This document shows, in pieces, positions 9,287-18,134 of a stretch of 28,789 bases of DNA. Under the pieces are notes generated by a model. The model ran no database searches, had not been told where the DNA came from, and saw nothing but the letters and a program-made list of their open reading frames with translations. Positions within the stretch are counted from its first letter, which is position 1; every line of letters starts with the position of its first letter. Position numbers and translations under genes: made by a program. Location: NCBI GenBank assembly GCA_040326155.1, contig JBEQLE010000058.1, positions 1-28,789 of the forward strand, in the 5' to 3' direction. Origin of the DNA: Leptospirales bacterium (GTDB lineage Bacteria > Spirochaetota > Leptospiria > Turneriellales > JAOUFE01).

Positions 9287-10990
9287 TTAGTATTTCCTTT
9301 CCTGAAGTTCGTATTTACCCATTGTTACAGGTTTATACGACAGATCAACATCACCAGATTCGTTCATATGGGCAATAGTATGTTTATGCCATTTAGCATC
9401 GTCACGAGTGGTAAAGTCTTCTCGACTGTGTGAACCACGACTCTCTTCTCTGGCCAATGCTCCTTTAGCAACACAGAGTCCTAGATCGAGCATGTTTTTA
9501 AGTTCCAATACCTGAGTCAGGTTGGTGTTATAGACAGCTGAGGTATCGAAAACTCGAACTTTTTTAAAACGTTCTCTGAGTTCTTGTACGTCAGCTACAC
9601 ATTTTTCAAGTTTGCTTTTAACTCGATAAATACCGGCATTCTTGCCAAGAGTTTCACCAAGTTGTTCACGAATTTCTCCCCACCTTTCGGTATGGTCAGA
9701 ATTATGATAGCTTTTAATTTCAGCTTCGGCTTTTTCTACCGCAGAAGATGATAGAGGTTTCGGGTTTAGACTCGGAGCATTCTCAGCTGCGTGTTTACCA
9801 CCCACTTTTCCGAACACAAGAACTTCGAGTAGAGAGTTACCGCCGAGACGATTGGCGCCATGTACCGAAAGACAAGCACACTCGCCTATTCCATAAATAC
9901 CTTTTATACCGGTTTCGCAATCGTTGTTTACGTCAATTCCGCCCATGGAGTAATGCGCCGTAGGTCGAATTGGAATTGGTTCATTTATCGGGTCAACGCC
10001 TTCAAAATAAATGGCCAGCTCTCGAATCTGAGGAAGTCTCGAAAGAATAAGATCTTTACCAAGATGTCGTAAATCGAGTTGCATGTATTGGCCAGCTTCA
10101 GAATCGAAACCACGCCCTTCGTTAATTTCAATTTCAATAGAACGAGATACAAGGTCGCGAGGACCAAGTTCCATTTTTTCGGGAGCGTATGTCGACATAA
10201 ATCGCTCGCCCTTGTTATTTAAAAGATACCCGCCTTCTCCGCGAGCTCCTTCTGATATTAATAATCCACTTTTTCGTAGTCCAGTCGGATGAAATTGTAC
10301 AAATTCCATATCTTCGAGAGGTAAACCAGCTCGTAAAGCATTGGCAGGACCATCCCCGTTATTTCCGGCTGCATTGGAAGATTTTTGCCAATACATTTTT
10401 GCGTAGCCGCCGGTGGCAATAATTACCGAACGTGAAGGCAAAGCAAAAACTTTACCGGTCATCATATCCATAACGACCGCGCCCTGGGCCTGTTGTCCGT
10501 CATGTTCAATAGATAATAAAAAATGTTCGCTGAAAAATTTAACCCCTTTTTTAAGACATTGCTCAAAAAGGGTATGTAGAAGAGTATGACCTGTTTTATC
10601 GGCGCAATAACAACACCTGAATTTTTGAGCGCCGCCAAAAGGTCTTTGCGCTATTTTACCGTCGTCGGTTCGTGAAAAAGGAGCGCCAAGGTTTTCCATT
10701 TCTCGAACAACAGTCGGAGCCATTTCGCATAGAATGGTCGCCGCGTCCTGGTCGGCCAGGTAGTCACTGCCTTTTACGGTATCAAAAGTATGTAAATCGA
10801 TTGTGTCGTCTTTATGCCTGTTGGCTAAAGCCGCATTTACCCCACCCTGGGCCGCTGAAGTATGAGACCTGCTTGGGTATACTTTGGATACTACCGCTAT
10901 TTTTAAATTTGGATTTGTATTAAGAGCTTCCATTGCGGCGTACATTCCGCCTCCGCCAGCTCCTATGATTACTATATCATACGGTTGCAT
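9287..10990 (-). CDS. sdhA: Succinate dehydrogenase/fumarate reductase flavoprotein subunit (cytoplasmic, no Tat signal)
   Basis: GAGGGG, RSHTSAAQGG (covalent FAD His), QFHPTG, SEGARGEGG, PRDLVSR, HYSMGG, HGANRLGGNSL, RxESRGSHxR. Confidence 0.97.
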   Translation of the reverse strand: MQPYDIVIIGAGGGGMYAAMEALNTNPNLKIAVVSKVYPSRSHTSAAQGGVNAALANRHKDDTIDLHTFDTVKGSDYLADQDAATILCEMAPTVVREMENLGAPFSRTDDGKIAQRPFGGAQKFRCCYCADKTGHTLLHTLFEQCLKKGVKFFSEHFLLSIEHDGQQAQGAVVMDMMTGKVFALPSRSVIIATGGYAKMYWQKSSNAAGNNGDGPANALRAGLPLEDMEFVQFHPTGLRKSGLLISEGARGEGGYLLNNKGERFMSTYAPEKMELGPRDLVSRSIEIEINEGRGFDSEAGQYMQLDLRHLGKDLILSRLPQIRELAIYFEGVDPINEPIPIRPTAHYSMGGIDVNNDCETGIKGIYGIGECACLSVHGANRLGGNSLLEVLVFGKVGGKHAAENAPSLNPKPLSSSAVEKAEAEIKSYHNSDHTERWGEIREQLGETLGKNAGIYRVKSKLEKCVADVQELRERFKKVRVFDTSAVYNTNLTQVLELKNMLDLGLCVAKGALAREESRGSHSREDFTTRDDAKWHKHTIAHMNESGDVDLSYKPVTMGKYELQERKY

Positions 10991-10999
10991 ACGCCCTTC

Positions 11000-11443
11000 C
11001 TATAATGCTACGTCGTCAGAACCATCGAGATTTTCAACTGCGTGTAAAATATCGCTCTGACTTAAAATTCCAACTAACTCACCATTTTTCACAACCGGTA
11101 TTCGGCGAATTCCGACCTTTTTCATTAATCGAATCGCATATTTAATATGAATATTTTGATCGATTGTTACACAAGGTTTGCTCATAATCGTATGAACCTG
11201 AGTATTCCAGGGGTCTTTGTGGACATCTTCACCAGGGTCGATGACCTTTTCGAGGATATCTTTTTCAGTAATGATGCCATAAGCGTCACCTTCACTGCGA
11301 GGTTCAACGATCAAGCTAGTGATGTCATGCTCTTTCAATATACTAATCGCTTCTGCTACAGTTTGCGAACCTTTTACTTTCGTAACATCCCTGGTCATCA
11401 ATGATGATACGGGAAGAGTTCTTAGTTTTATTAATTGTTCCAT
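11000..11443 (-). CDS. Stand-alone CBS-pair (Bateman module) protein
   Basis: [39 protein letters not shown]. Confidence 0.93.
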   Translation of the reverse strand: MEQLIKLRTLPVSSLMTRDVTKVKGSQTVAEAISILKEHDITSLIVEPRSEGDAYGIITEKDILEKVIDPGEDVHKDPWNTQVHTIMSKPCVTIDQNIHIKYAIRLMKKVGIRRIPVVKNGELVGILSQSDILHAVENLDGSDDVAL

Positions 11444-11485
11444 GCTATATCCTTGATCGCCTCTAACCTTAATATGTCAAACGTT

Positions 11486-14206
11486 TTAATTTATAAACTT
11501 AACTTCGGATGCGGGAGTTCGACAATCCATGTCGGTTCCCCGGTTCAAATGATCGGCAACCTCGGCTGAAGTACCCACCATTCGTCCAAATAAGAACATA
11601 GTAAAAACGATATCTTGCATCTCTTGTTCTGCAATCTCTTTTGCTTTGTACTGTTTCCAGAAAAGCTCCAGCGAAACTGTCGCAATTACAGCGTCAATAT
11701 TTACACAAAACACATTGGCTGTTGCGCCGGCTTTATGCAACTCCACAACAAGATTGTGGTAGAATTCCAGAAATGGATTTACCAGACCGTTCTTACCAAA
11801 CAGTTCTCGCACATACTCTTCTCGAGGGTCGATGTTAACCGATTTTCCTTTAAAGACAGGATGGTTCGTACATGGAATTTTTTTATACTGCAAATTCCCT
11901 GCGGCTTTTTCCGCCTTTTTGTAGACGACATATTCACTCGATACTTTGGCTGCAATTTTTGCCAGTTCAGGCTCCAGCTCTTTAATATCTTTTCCATAAG
12001 GATCAATACCAGAGAGTTTATCAATTAGGAACGCTACAGCTTCAAACCCATTTCCACCATGCGCAATACCGGTATTCATCATGAAACCTGCGTAGGCAGT
12101 TGAAAGATTATTTTTAGCACTGACAGTCTCTTTTGCCCCTTTGGCGCTCAGAGTTCCCGGGCCGTTTGTAACAGTCAGGTTAAACAGTGAGTTTAAGGCA
12201 AAAATTTCTTTGCCTTCAGGATCTCGGTTAAATAAAATTCGAAAACAAGATTCGGTGTAGTCTGTATCGAGCAGACTTAAATTTTCGAGCGTCTGCAAGT
12301 TCTGCCAGAATACATTAGACTCATGACCGATTACAGAGTTTGCAACGATAATGCCATTTAAGGCCAAATAAACGGGAAGGTTTACAGCGTCATTGCGAGA
12401 AATTCGCCTATCGGTAAGTGGTTTCCACGATACGCTTAAAAGCACAGCAGAAATTAAAAGCCACGCAGGATTCACCTTGCCTGGGTTTTTCTCCAGGTAA
12501 GCTACAACAAAGCGTGTAAATATGGTTTCTAGGGAGTGCTTTTTCAGGTTTTGCAACATGAATTCATACACTTTGGTATCCACATCGGTTCCGGAGGACT
12601 CGGGCAGTGCCAATTCTAATTTGGCATCAATCAGCTTGTCGTCAATATCGGTTATAGAACCAATGTCCTGGTAAAAGGCGTCAATTAAAGCTGACGTTAT
12701 TCCTTTGAATGATTTATGCATTTTGTTATCACCAGAGATTAAAACAGAAGCTCCGATGTATGCATTCGGGGTAGCGCCGTTTGCTCTGGCTTTGGTAGAG
12801 TAGTCGATGTACTCGGTTCCGGCAGAGACAAACCAGTTTAAAACCGGGTTTACCATAAACAGTTGATTGTCGGTCGGAAACTCTCTGGTTACGGCAAATA
12901 TATTAGTAGCGGCAAATGGCTTCTGGACCAGATCTAATAAAGAGACGCCGTGTATTTCGGTTACATCGGTTTTCTTGTTCATCTGGGTTGCGCCGGAGGC
13001 ATTTCTCAGGGTTTGTCGCAAATACTGAGCGCCGACTTGTTTGTTGGCATTTTCAATCTCTTTATCGTATGGAGCAATTGCAGTTACCGCGTCTATAGAG
13101 AGCTCTTTCGGTAGTTTTAGATCTTGAGAATTGACGAACCATGGTTTTAAACTAAGGTCACCTACAGGTTCAAAATCGGGTTTTTCGCCTAAAAGCTTCA
13201 TCACTTCACCAAGCGCTTCAGGTATTTGCTGAATGGTTTGTACCCTCACCCCTTTTTTAGAGACAACCGGTTTATCCGGGTCATATTCTGGTACGCCAAA
13301 ATAGGCGTCAAAAATTTCTTCTTTTGCTTCTGCATCGTCACCAACACCGGCAAGCGCGCCCGCATGTCCAACCGCCCGGGTAAGATGCTTTTTCCATCTT
13401 CCGGTTACAACGGCAATAATGGGTTTCGTATATTTAAATAGACCTTCATTAATCCAGTCGAGGGCTTGTTGTTCATAATAACCGCCGGGTTCGACATAGA
13501 CAATAACAGCTTTTGTTCTCGGGTCATTTTCAGCCGCGTAAAGAAACTCTGGTAAACCAAAGTGAATGTAGATATCTTTACCGGAACTTACAATTGTTGA
13601 AGTACCAAAACCTGCTGTTTTAATATATTCTGAAATAGTCGTACTAAAATTACCAGAATTCGAGTGAAGAGCTACAGAACCTTTGACAAGACTCTCTTGC
13701 GGTTTATCGCCGCCCAGCGCCCCGCCAATGCGAATCTCTTCCCAGGAGTTGGCCACACCTAAAGAGTTGGCCCCTACTACATCGACTCCGGCTTTCTGGC
13801 AATTATACCGAATATACCTTGAATCGCGAACCGACATTTTCTCGGTAACGATCACTACTTCTTTTAAATTTTCGTTCCCCGAAATCAGTTCTGAAACAGC
13901 GTGAGAGACAGCGGCAGGAGGTAGATAAATTACCCCGGTATCGAACTCAATACCCGAATCTACGATCTCTTTTACACTGCCAAAAACGGGTATGTTACCC
14001 AGTTTGGTTTCGAGGTGTTGTCCACCGCGTCCATACTGAACGCCCGCGACCACGTTGCCGCCGCTGTACTGGTGAGATACCGGTGTAACCTGAGAGCTTT
14101 CGCCGCCCAGAATATTCATAATTACTACACGATGTTTTTTACTTGCTAAGTCTTCGAGAGATTTAGCGCCTACAAAATAAGGAAAGGGATTTTCGTTGTT
14201 GCCCAT
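11486..14206 (-). CDS. aclA: ATP citrate lyase alpha subunit, long (type II-like) form, 906 aa
   Basis: N-terminal SucD-like CoA-binding and ligase domains with phospho-His motif VGHAGA; C-terminal citrate synthase/citryl-CoA lyase fold (NGPGTLSA, HGGNG, NHPVFK..DPR, NIDAVIA, RMVG..AEVADH). Confidence 0.88.
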   Translation of the reverse strand: MGNNENPFPYFVGAKSLEDLASKKHRVVIMNILGGESSQVTPVSHQYSGGNVVAGVQYGRGGQHLETKLGNIPVFGSVKEIVDSGIEFDTGVIYLPPAAVSHAVSELISGNENLKEVVIVTEKMSVRDSRYIRYNCQKAGVDVVGANSLGVANSWEEIRIGGALGGDKPQESLVKGSVALHSNSGNFSTTISEYIKTAGFGTSTIVSSGKDIYIHFGLPEFLYAAENDPRTKAVIVYVEPGGYYEQQALDWINEGLFKYTKPIIAVVTGRWKKHLTRAVGHAGALAGVGDDAEAKEEIFDAYFGVPEYDPDKPVVSKKGVRVQTIQQIPEALGEVMKLLGEKPDFEPVGDLSLKPWFVNSQDLKLPKELSIDAVTAIAPYDKEIENANKQVGAQYLRQTLRNASGATQMNKKTDVTEIHGVSLLDLVQKPFAATNIFAVTREFPTDNQLFMVNPVLNWFVSAGTEYIDYSTKARANGATPNAYIGASVLISGDNKMHKSFKGITSALIDAFYQDIGSITDIDDKLIDAKLELALPESSGTDVDTKVYEFMLQNLKKHSLETIFTRFVVAYLEKNPGKVNPAWLLISAVLLSVSWKPLTDRRISRNDAVNLPVYLALNGIIVANSVIGHESNVFWQNLQTLENLSLLDTDYTESCFRILFNRDPEGKEIFALNSLFNLTVTNGPGTLSAKGAKETVSAKNNLSTAYAGFMMNTGIAHGGNGFEAVAFLIDKLSGIDPYGKDIKELEPELAKIAAKVSSEYVVYKKAEKAAGNLQYKKIPCTNHPVFKGKSVNIDPREEYVRELFGKNGLVNPFLEFYHNLVVELHKAGATANVFCVNIDAVIATVSLELFWKQYKAKEIAEQEMQDIVFTMFLFGRMVGTSAEVADHLNRGTDMDCRTPASEVKFIN

Positions 14207-14230
14207 GTTTTACTCCAATTTTCCCCGGTA

Positions 14231-15481
14231 TCAACCGGCTTGATTATTCTTTTTATTCTCAATTATCCAATCATCCAGTTTTATGGTGTGCTCTAAAACA
14301 CCCACCATACTGCTGTCATAACCAAAAAATTGATAGGGAACCTTCATGTTGTCAAGTGTGTCGCGGCCATATACCATGCCTCGAATTAGATTCGGACCAC
14401 CTCGACCCACAACCACTTGAACATTCGGGTTCAAATGAATATGCTCTTTCAAAGAGTCAAATATACCTTTAAAAGTTACAAAGATATCGGTGTTATTCGC
14501 CTTACCGCCAATTAGTAAAACAATGTTGGTATCTTTTAACCAGTGTCTAAACGAGATATCAGCTATCATTTTCATCTTCTCGTACGGAGGGTTTCCACCA
14601 AAGTCCGATGAGATAATCGCCCGGTTGCTCAACACTTCTGTGGCTGCGCTGTTTGCCCCACCACCAAAGATAAACGGTAGTATACTTCCTTCCGGGTTAA
14701 GCTCGGTCACATCAGACTGACCCTGGTAGGTTCTGAGCAGGTTAATTTCCGCTTCAAAATCGGTTATATCGGTTGAAAAGATCTCCTCGGGAAAACCGAG
14801 ACGTTTCCACGCCGGATTATCCTGATCAAAAGAGGCTTTAATATCACAGGCTACGGGAACAAACCGTTTGCCGAATTTACCCATACGAATGGGATTTAAC
14901 TCCAGCGTAACCAGTCCGAATGAATCATACGCTTCCCAGAGTTTGGGCAGAAATTGTACCAGCGGTGAAATATACTGCTTGGGACAATTGAGTTCCGTCA
15001 GTGCGTTCGTAATATGAAAAGATTTGATTCCCGTAATCGGGTTAAATACAATTTCTCTTTTTTTATCGGCAGCTACATCTTCTACGTCAACGCCACCCTC
15101 GATAATCAGGCTCATGACTGGTTGTCTATGAACCGTAGAAGCCGTAATGCTCACGTAAATTTCAGCGTCTGAAGGTATAAAGCCTTCAAAAGTAACACCG
15201 TTCGCCTGAACAACAGCATTGCCTTGCGAGTGCTTGGCAAAGTATAAATCTTTTTTAGCTTCCACTGCTTCGTGAAGCGTTTTGGCAACTCTTACCAATC
15301 CTGCTTTTCCTTTTTTACCAATACCCCCGGTAAAAAAAGGTTTCACCACACATTTTCCACCATGATCAGCCATCAGTTTGGCGATATCTTCTTTGGACGC
15401 TTCTTCGGTTAAAGACGGAGCAACAGGAAATTCCACCATCTCTAATATTTTAGTACCATATTTTAAGCCTGTCAATTGCAT
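14231..15481 (-). CDS. aclB: ATP citrate lyase beta subunit (ATP-grasp + citrate-binding domain), 416 aa
   Basis: Start re-called to MQLTG (ATG 15481, GAGG SD); VVKP..GIGKKGKAGLV, LELNP, GGGANSA, DFGGNP, GGKANNTD, GRGGPN. Confidence 0.88.
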   Translation of the reverse strand: MQLTGLKYGTKILEMVEFPVAPSLTEEASKEDIAKLMADHGGKCVVKPFFTGGIGKKGKAGLVRVAKTLHEAVEAKKDLYFAKHSQGNAVVQANGVTFEGFIPSDAEIYVSITASTVHRQPVMSLIIEGGVDVEDVAADKKREIVFNPITGIKSFHITNALTELNCPKQYISPLVQFLPKLWEAYDSFGLVTLELNPIRMGKFGKRFVPVACDIKASFDQDNPAWKRLGFPEEIFSTDITDFEAEINLLRTYQGQSDVTELNPEGSILPFIFGGGANSAATEVLSNRAIISSDFGGNPPYEKMKMIADISFRHWLKDTNIVLLIGGKANNTDIFVTFKGIFDSLKEHIHLNPNVQVVVGRGGPNLIRGMVYGRDTLDNMKVPYQFFGYDSSMVGVLEHTIKLDDWIIENKKNNQAG

Positions 15482-15635
15482 ATTCGCTTCCTCTTTTATA
15501 TTAACAATAATCTTAATAAAATGTCGGCCCCGTAAAATAGTCGATGTTACGGAAACCATCGCTTTCACGATTTAATAAGGGTAGGTCAAATAATAGGAAC
15601 GAGCTATCAACCTTTTTTTCAGTTATTTATCACTG

Positions 15636-15705
15636 TTTTTGTAAAATAAAGTAAACGTTTATAAGGAAAGCAGGAAGTGAGGATAAGGAAGGCAGGAAAA
15701 GAGGG
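15636..15705 (+). repeat. Family A purine-rich repeat (TTTATAAGGAA-(A/G)GCAGGAA units), copy 1
   Basis: 15636-15698 matches 17599-17661 at 56/63 nt by manual alignment. Confidence 0.85.
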
Positions 15706-15737
15706 TGGCTGGCGACGAGCCGGCGAAAATCGTGATT

Positions 15738-15791
15738 TAAAGGAATAGCACTCCAAATGTTCGTAGTTCGGAATGCAACCGTAATTGCAGA
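15738..15791 (+). repeat. Family D REP-containing element, partial copy 2
   Basis: TAAAGG..TCC..TAGTTCGGAATGCAACCG; 17/18 match to the reverse complement of 18951-18968. Confidence 0.7.
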
Positions 15792-15873
15792 AAGGGATTT
15801 TTGTTTTGAAATTATTTTTCCATATACCAAAAAAAGACCTTTACTTCAAATATTATTTTACTAAGTTAGTGCT

Positions 15874-16119
15874 GTGAAACGGGTAGCCCATTTAATTAGA
15901 ATACGACATGTCAGCATAGTATTATTGATTTTTTTCAACTTTTCTTGTGATAAAAAATACAGTAAAACATTTAAATATGAATCTGGTACGGTATCAAAAT
16001 ACGAAGGACAGGTAGATAATAAAAAATATCCATTGATCAAAAAGCCTGCTTCCCCTGGAATATTGATCAATGGAACTTCAACAAAGGTAAAACATATAAG
16101 TACTCCTTATATCATGTAA
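15874..16119 (+). CDS. Putative lipoprotein N-terminal part (probably the 5' half of a frameshifted gene)
   Basis: Basic N-terminus, hydrophobic stretch and lipobox-like FFNFS-C; its stop overlaps the next ATG (TAATG). Confidence 0.55.
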   Translation: MKRVAHLIRIRHVSIVLLIFFNFSCDKKYSKTFKYESGTVSKYEGQVDNKKYPLIKKPASPGILINGTSTKVKHISTPYIM

Positions 16120-16805
16120 TGGAAAGTAAAAGTACCATAGAAGGAATGCTCAAAGATACTCCCATAATTTCGAATGATAAATTCACCCTTTCTCGCAATG
16201 TAATCATAAAAAGCAATAAGAATCACACAGCAGATTTCACTTTTCAAAAAACAACTGGCGAAGTAATTGTAAAATATGATATAAGTTCAAAGACAAGAAA
16301 GACCACACTTAAATTTAACGAATTTGTTATGGAAGGTGTACATGAAAACAGTACATGGAGTAATCCAATAGAAAACACGGAAAGTATGTGTTACTATTTT
16401 GCTTTTGCTTTGCCAGATAAACCCGCTGAGCATTTGGAGTTCTACGAAAGAGAAATTGAGGTTCCTTGGAATGTAAATAACCTTAAATTAAAGATTAAAG
16501 GGAAAATGACTACAACTTTAACAGGTTATGTAGAAATTGATAACAGAGCGCATGCCAAACTTCAATCCATTATTAAAATCAATGAAGTTGAGATTCCAGA
16601 CGATGCAGAAGACAAAATGGGCTGCTCCGTAAATGGGACTTCTGTTTTCTATTTTGATATTTACAATAGAACTTTCCACTCGGGCACCATGGCCGTTCAC
16701 CTGGATTGTTATTCTAAAGCCATGAAAATAGAATCAGATGGCAACGAGAGTCTAGATATAAGAATGGAATATGATCACTTGTTCACTTTTGATCGCTTGG
16801 AATAA
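16119..16805 (+). CDS. Hypothetical beta-rich protein (probably the 3' part of the lipoprotein)
   Basis: 228-aa ORF in AT-rich DNA; its frame stays open upstream to 16023 (..QWNFNKGKTYKYSLYHV-MESK). Confidence 0.7.
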   Translation: MESKSTIEGMLKDTPIISNDKFTLSRNVIIKSNKNHTADFTFQKTTGEVIVKYDISSKTRKTTLKFNEFVMEGVHENSTWSNPIENTESMCYYFAFALPDKPAEHLEFYEREIEVPWNVNNLKLKIKGKMTTTLTGYVEIDNRAHAKLQSIIKINEVEIPDDAEDKMGCSVNGTSVFYFDIYNRTFHSGTMAVHLDCYSKAMKIESDGNESLDIRMEYDHLFTFDRLE

Positions 16806-16806
16806 T

Positions 16807-16980
16807 AACCGTTTATAAGGAATACAGGAAAATAGAGTGCTGTGTTGCTTTTTAAGAACTTGTCTAATTATGAATTGTTATAAAACTCTAAATATATTTG
16901 TTTCTTAAAATCATGTAAATCCTGTCTGGTATCTCTTTTTCTTTTCCTGCCTTCCTGCCATTCCTGCCTTCCTTGTTAAA
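16807..16980. repeat. Nested repeat cluster: family A forward (16807-16832), family B right arm (16891-16927), family A inverted (16942-16980)
   Basis: GTTTATAAGGAATACAGGAAAA ... AATATATTTGTTTCTTAAAATCATGTAAATCCTGTCT ... TTTTCCTGCCTTCCTGCCATTCCTGCCTTCCTTGTTAAA. Confidence 0.85.
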
Positions 16981-17008
16981 TTCTTTCTCCTTCATAATAA
17001 ACATAGAG

Positions 17009-17272
17009 TTAGCTATAAGAAAAGCAGTATCTACAGGAAATAATATTTAATTCACTTTTTTCTATTCGATATACTAATCTGTGTTCTAAATCGATTCTCC
17101 TGGACCAGTAGCCATGAAGTTGGTGTTTTAAGGGTTCAGGCTTCCCAATACCATCATATGGGTCTCTAACGATGGCTTTTACCAGTTCATTAATTTTTTT
17201 CAAAATATTTCGATCATTTTTTTGCCAAAAGATATAGTCGGTCCATGCTTCTTCCGTGAAAAGAATATTCAT
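17009..17272 (-). CDS. yoeB: Txe/YoeB family toxin (atypical C-terminus)
   Basis: FTEEAWTDYIFWQ..KKINELVK..P..GIGKPEPLK..GYWSRRIDLEHRLVY. Confidence 0.95.
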   Translation of the reverse strand: MNILFTEEAWTDYIFWQKNDRNILKKINELVKAIVRDPYDGIGKPEPLKHQLHGYWSRRIDLEHRLVYRIEKSELNIISCRYCFSYS

Positions 17273-17523
17273 TCTTCACTAAGTTCTTTCTTGTGTAATT
17301 TTTGACTTTTAGCTTGATTCATTGATTTCATTAAGTGCTTGGCATTCGCTTCATTTGCCATTAAATAATTTGATTCAATTAAAGAGTTATACTCTTGCAT
17401 GGAGATCATAACTACATTTTCATTATTTTTTCGAGTGACAATTAAAGGATCGTGATCTTGATATACATGATCTAAATAGCTTTTTAAGTTTTTGCGCAAA
17501 TCTGAGTAAGAAACAGCTTCCAT
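17269..17523 (-). CDS. yefM: Phd/YefM family antitoxin
   Basis: SYSDLRKNLKSYLDHV..PLIVTR..VVMISMQEYNSLIES.YL..NAKHL..S; 4-nt overlap with yoeB. Confidence 0.95.
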   Translation of the reverse strand: MEAVSYSDLRKNLKSYLDHVYQDHDPLIVTRKNNENVVMISMQEYNSLIESNYLMANEANAKHLMKSMNQAKSQKLHKKELSEE

Positions 17524-17528
17524 AATAG

Positions 17529-17561
17529 GTACAACATATAGTACAATAAGGATATTGTCAA
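17529..17561 (-). promoter_or_regulatory. yefM-yoeB promoter with autoregulatory operator
   Basis: TTGACA (17556-17561)-N17-TATGTT; two TTGTAC motifs 12 bp apart overlap the -10, like the paired TGTACA YefM operator. Confidence 0.7.
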
Positions 17562-17598
17562 ATAATAAATTGTATTATAGGTTACTGTGTAGGTTGTA

Positions 17599-17672
17599 TT
17601 TTCGTAAATTTAAGTAACAGTTTATAAGGAATACAGGAAGTGAGGATAAGGAAGGCAGGAATTACAGGAAAA
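17599..17672 (+). repeat. Family A repeat, copy 3
   Basis: TTTATAAGGAATACAGGAAGTGAGGATAAGGAAGGCAGGAATTACAGGAAAA. Confidence 0.85.
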
Positions 17673-17692
17673 ATGCAGAAGAAGAGAAGAGA

Positions 17693-17785
17693 TTGCAAAG
17701 ATATATTGACGAGTTTTGCTGGAGGTTTTACAACCGGAAAAATAAGGAGATTTTTAGTGATCTGCTTGATCGAATTGGGGGTTAG
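17693..17785 (+). mobile_element. IS1595-family transposase C-terminal remnant
   Basis: Translates as LQRYIDEFCWRFYNRKNKEIFSDLLDRIGG*, matching the IS1595 C-terminal signature HLQxYLDEFxFRxNxR; no start codon or upstream part. Confidence 0.75.
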
Positions 17786-17945
17786 GATTTTTTTAACATA
17801 ACAATAGATATTTTATTGTTGACTACACACACACTATACACTTATATTGAGTTTTTCAATTAAAAGGTAACTTTTTTCAAAATGTTGCCTAATTAATAAG
17901 TGGCTTTTGGGAACATCAGTTTTTTACATAAGAAAGGATAGGGCA

Positions 17946-18134
17946 ATGGTAAAGGCATTAATAGACCTTATAATAGCATTATTTCATAATAAAACGCAAG
18001 TATCTAATGAAACCGTAAAAAATATTGTATCGTTAAGAGCAGAAGGCAATATAAGTTTGCAAAATGGAAAATATATTACGGATGAAGACATTGAAAAGCT
18101 CAGGAAAAAAGTTAAAAAACTTAAGTTTTCTTAA
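17946..18134 (+). CDS. Small hypothetical protein, 62 aa
   Basis: ATG 17946 with AAAGGA SD; contains GNISLQNGKYITDEDI; its stop abuts the next ATG. Confidence 0.7.
   Translation: MVKALIDLIIALFHNKTQVSNETVKNIVSLRAEGNISLQNGKYITDEDIEKLRKKVKKLKFS

Noticed and set aside
11486..15481. Annotation as succinyl-CoA synthetase sucCD
   Set aside because: The alpha subunit has a fused citrate synthase-like lyase domain, and the beta subunit has the ACL-type GGxANxTD citrate-binding motif
15482..15568. 29-aa N-terminal extension of AclB
   Set aside because: A better ATG with a GAGG SD lies at 15481; the extension does not look like part of the ATP-grasp domain
8333..15575. Plus-strand and off-frame ORFs within the acl-sdh operon
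   Set aside because: Shadows of well-supported genes
15630..16070. Minus-strand 66-aa and 69-aa ORFs
   Set aside because: They overlap repeats or lie antisense to the lipoprotein gene
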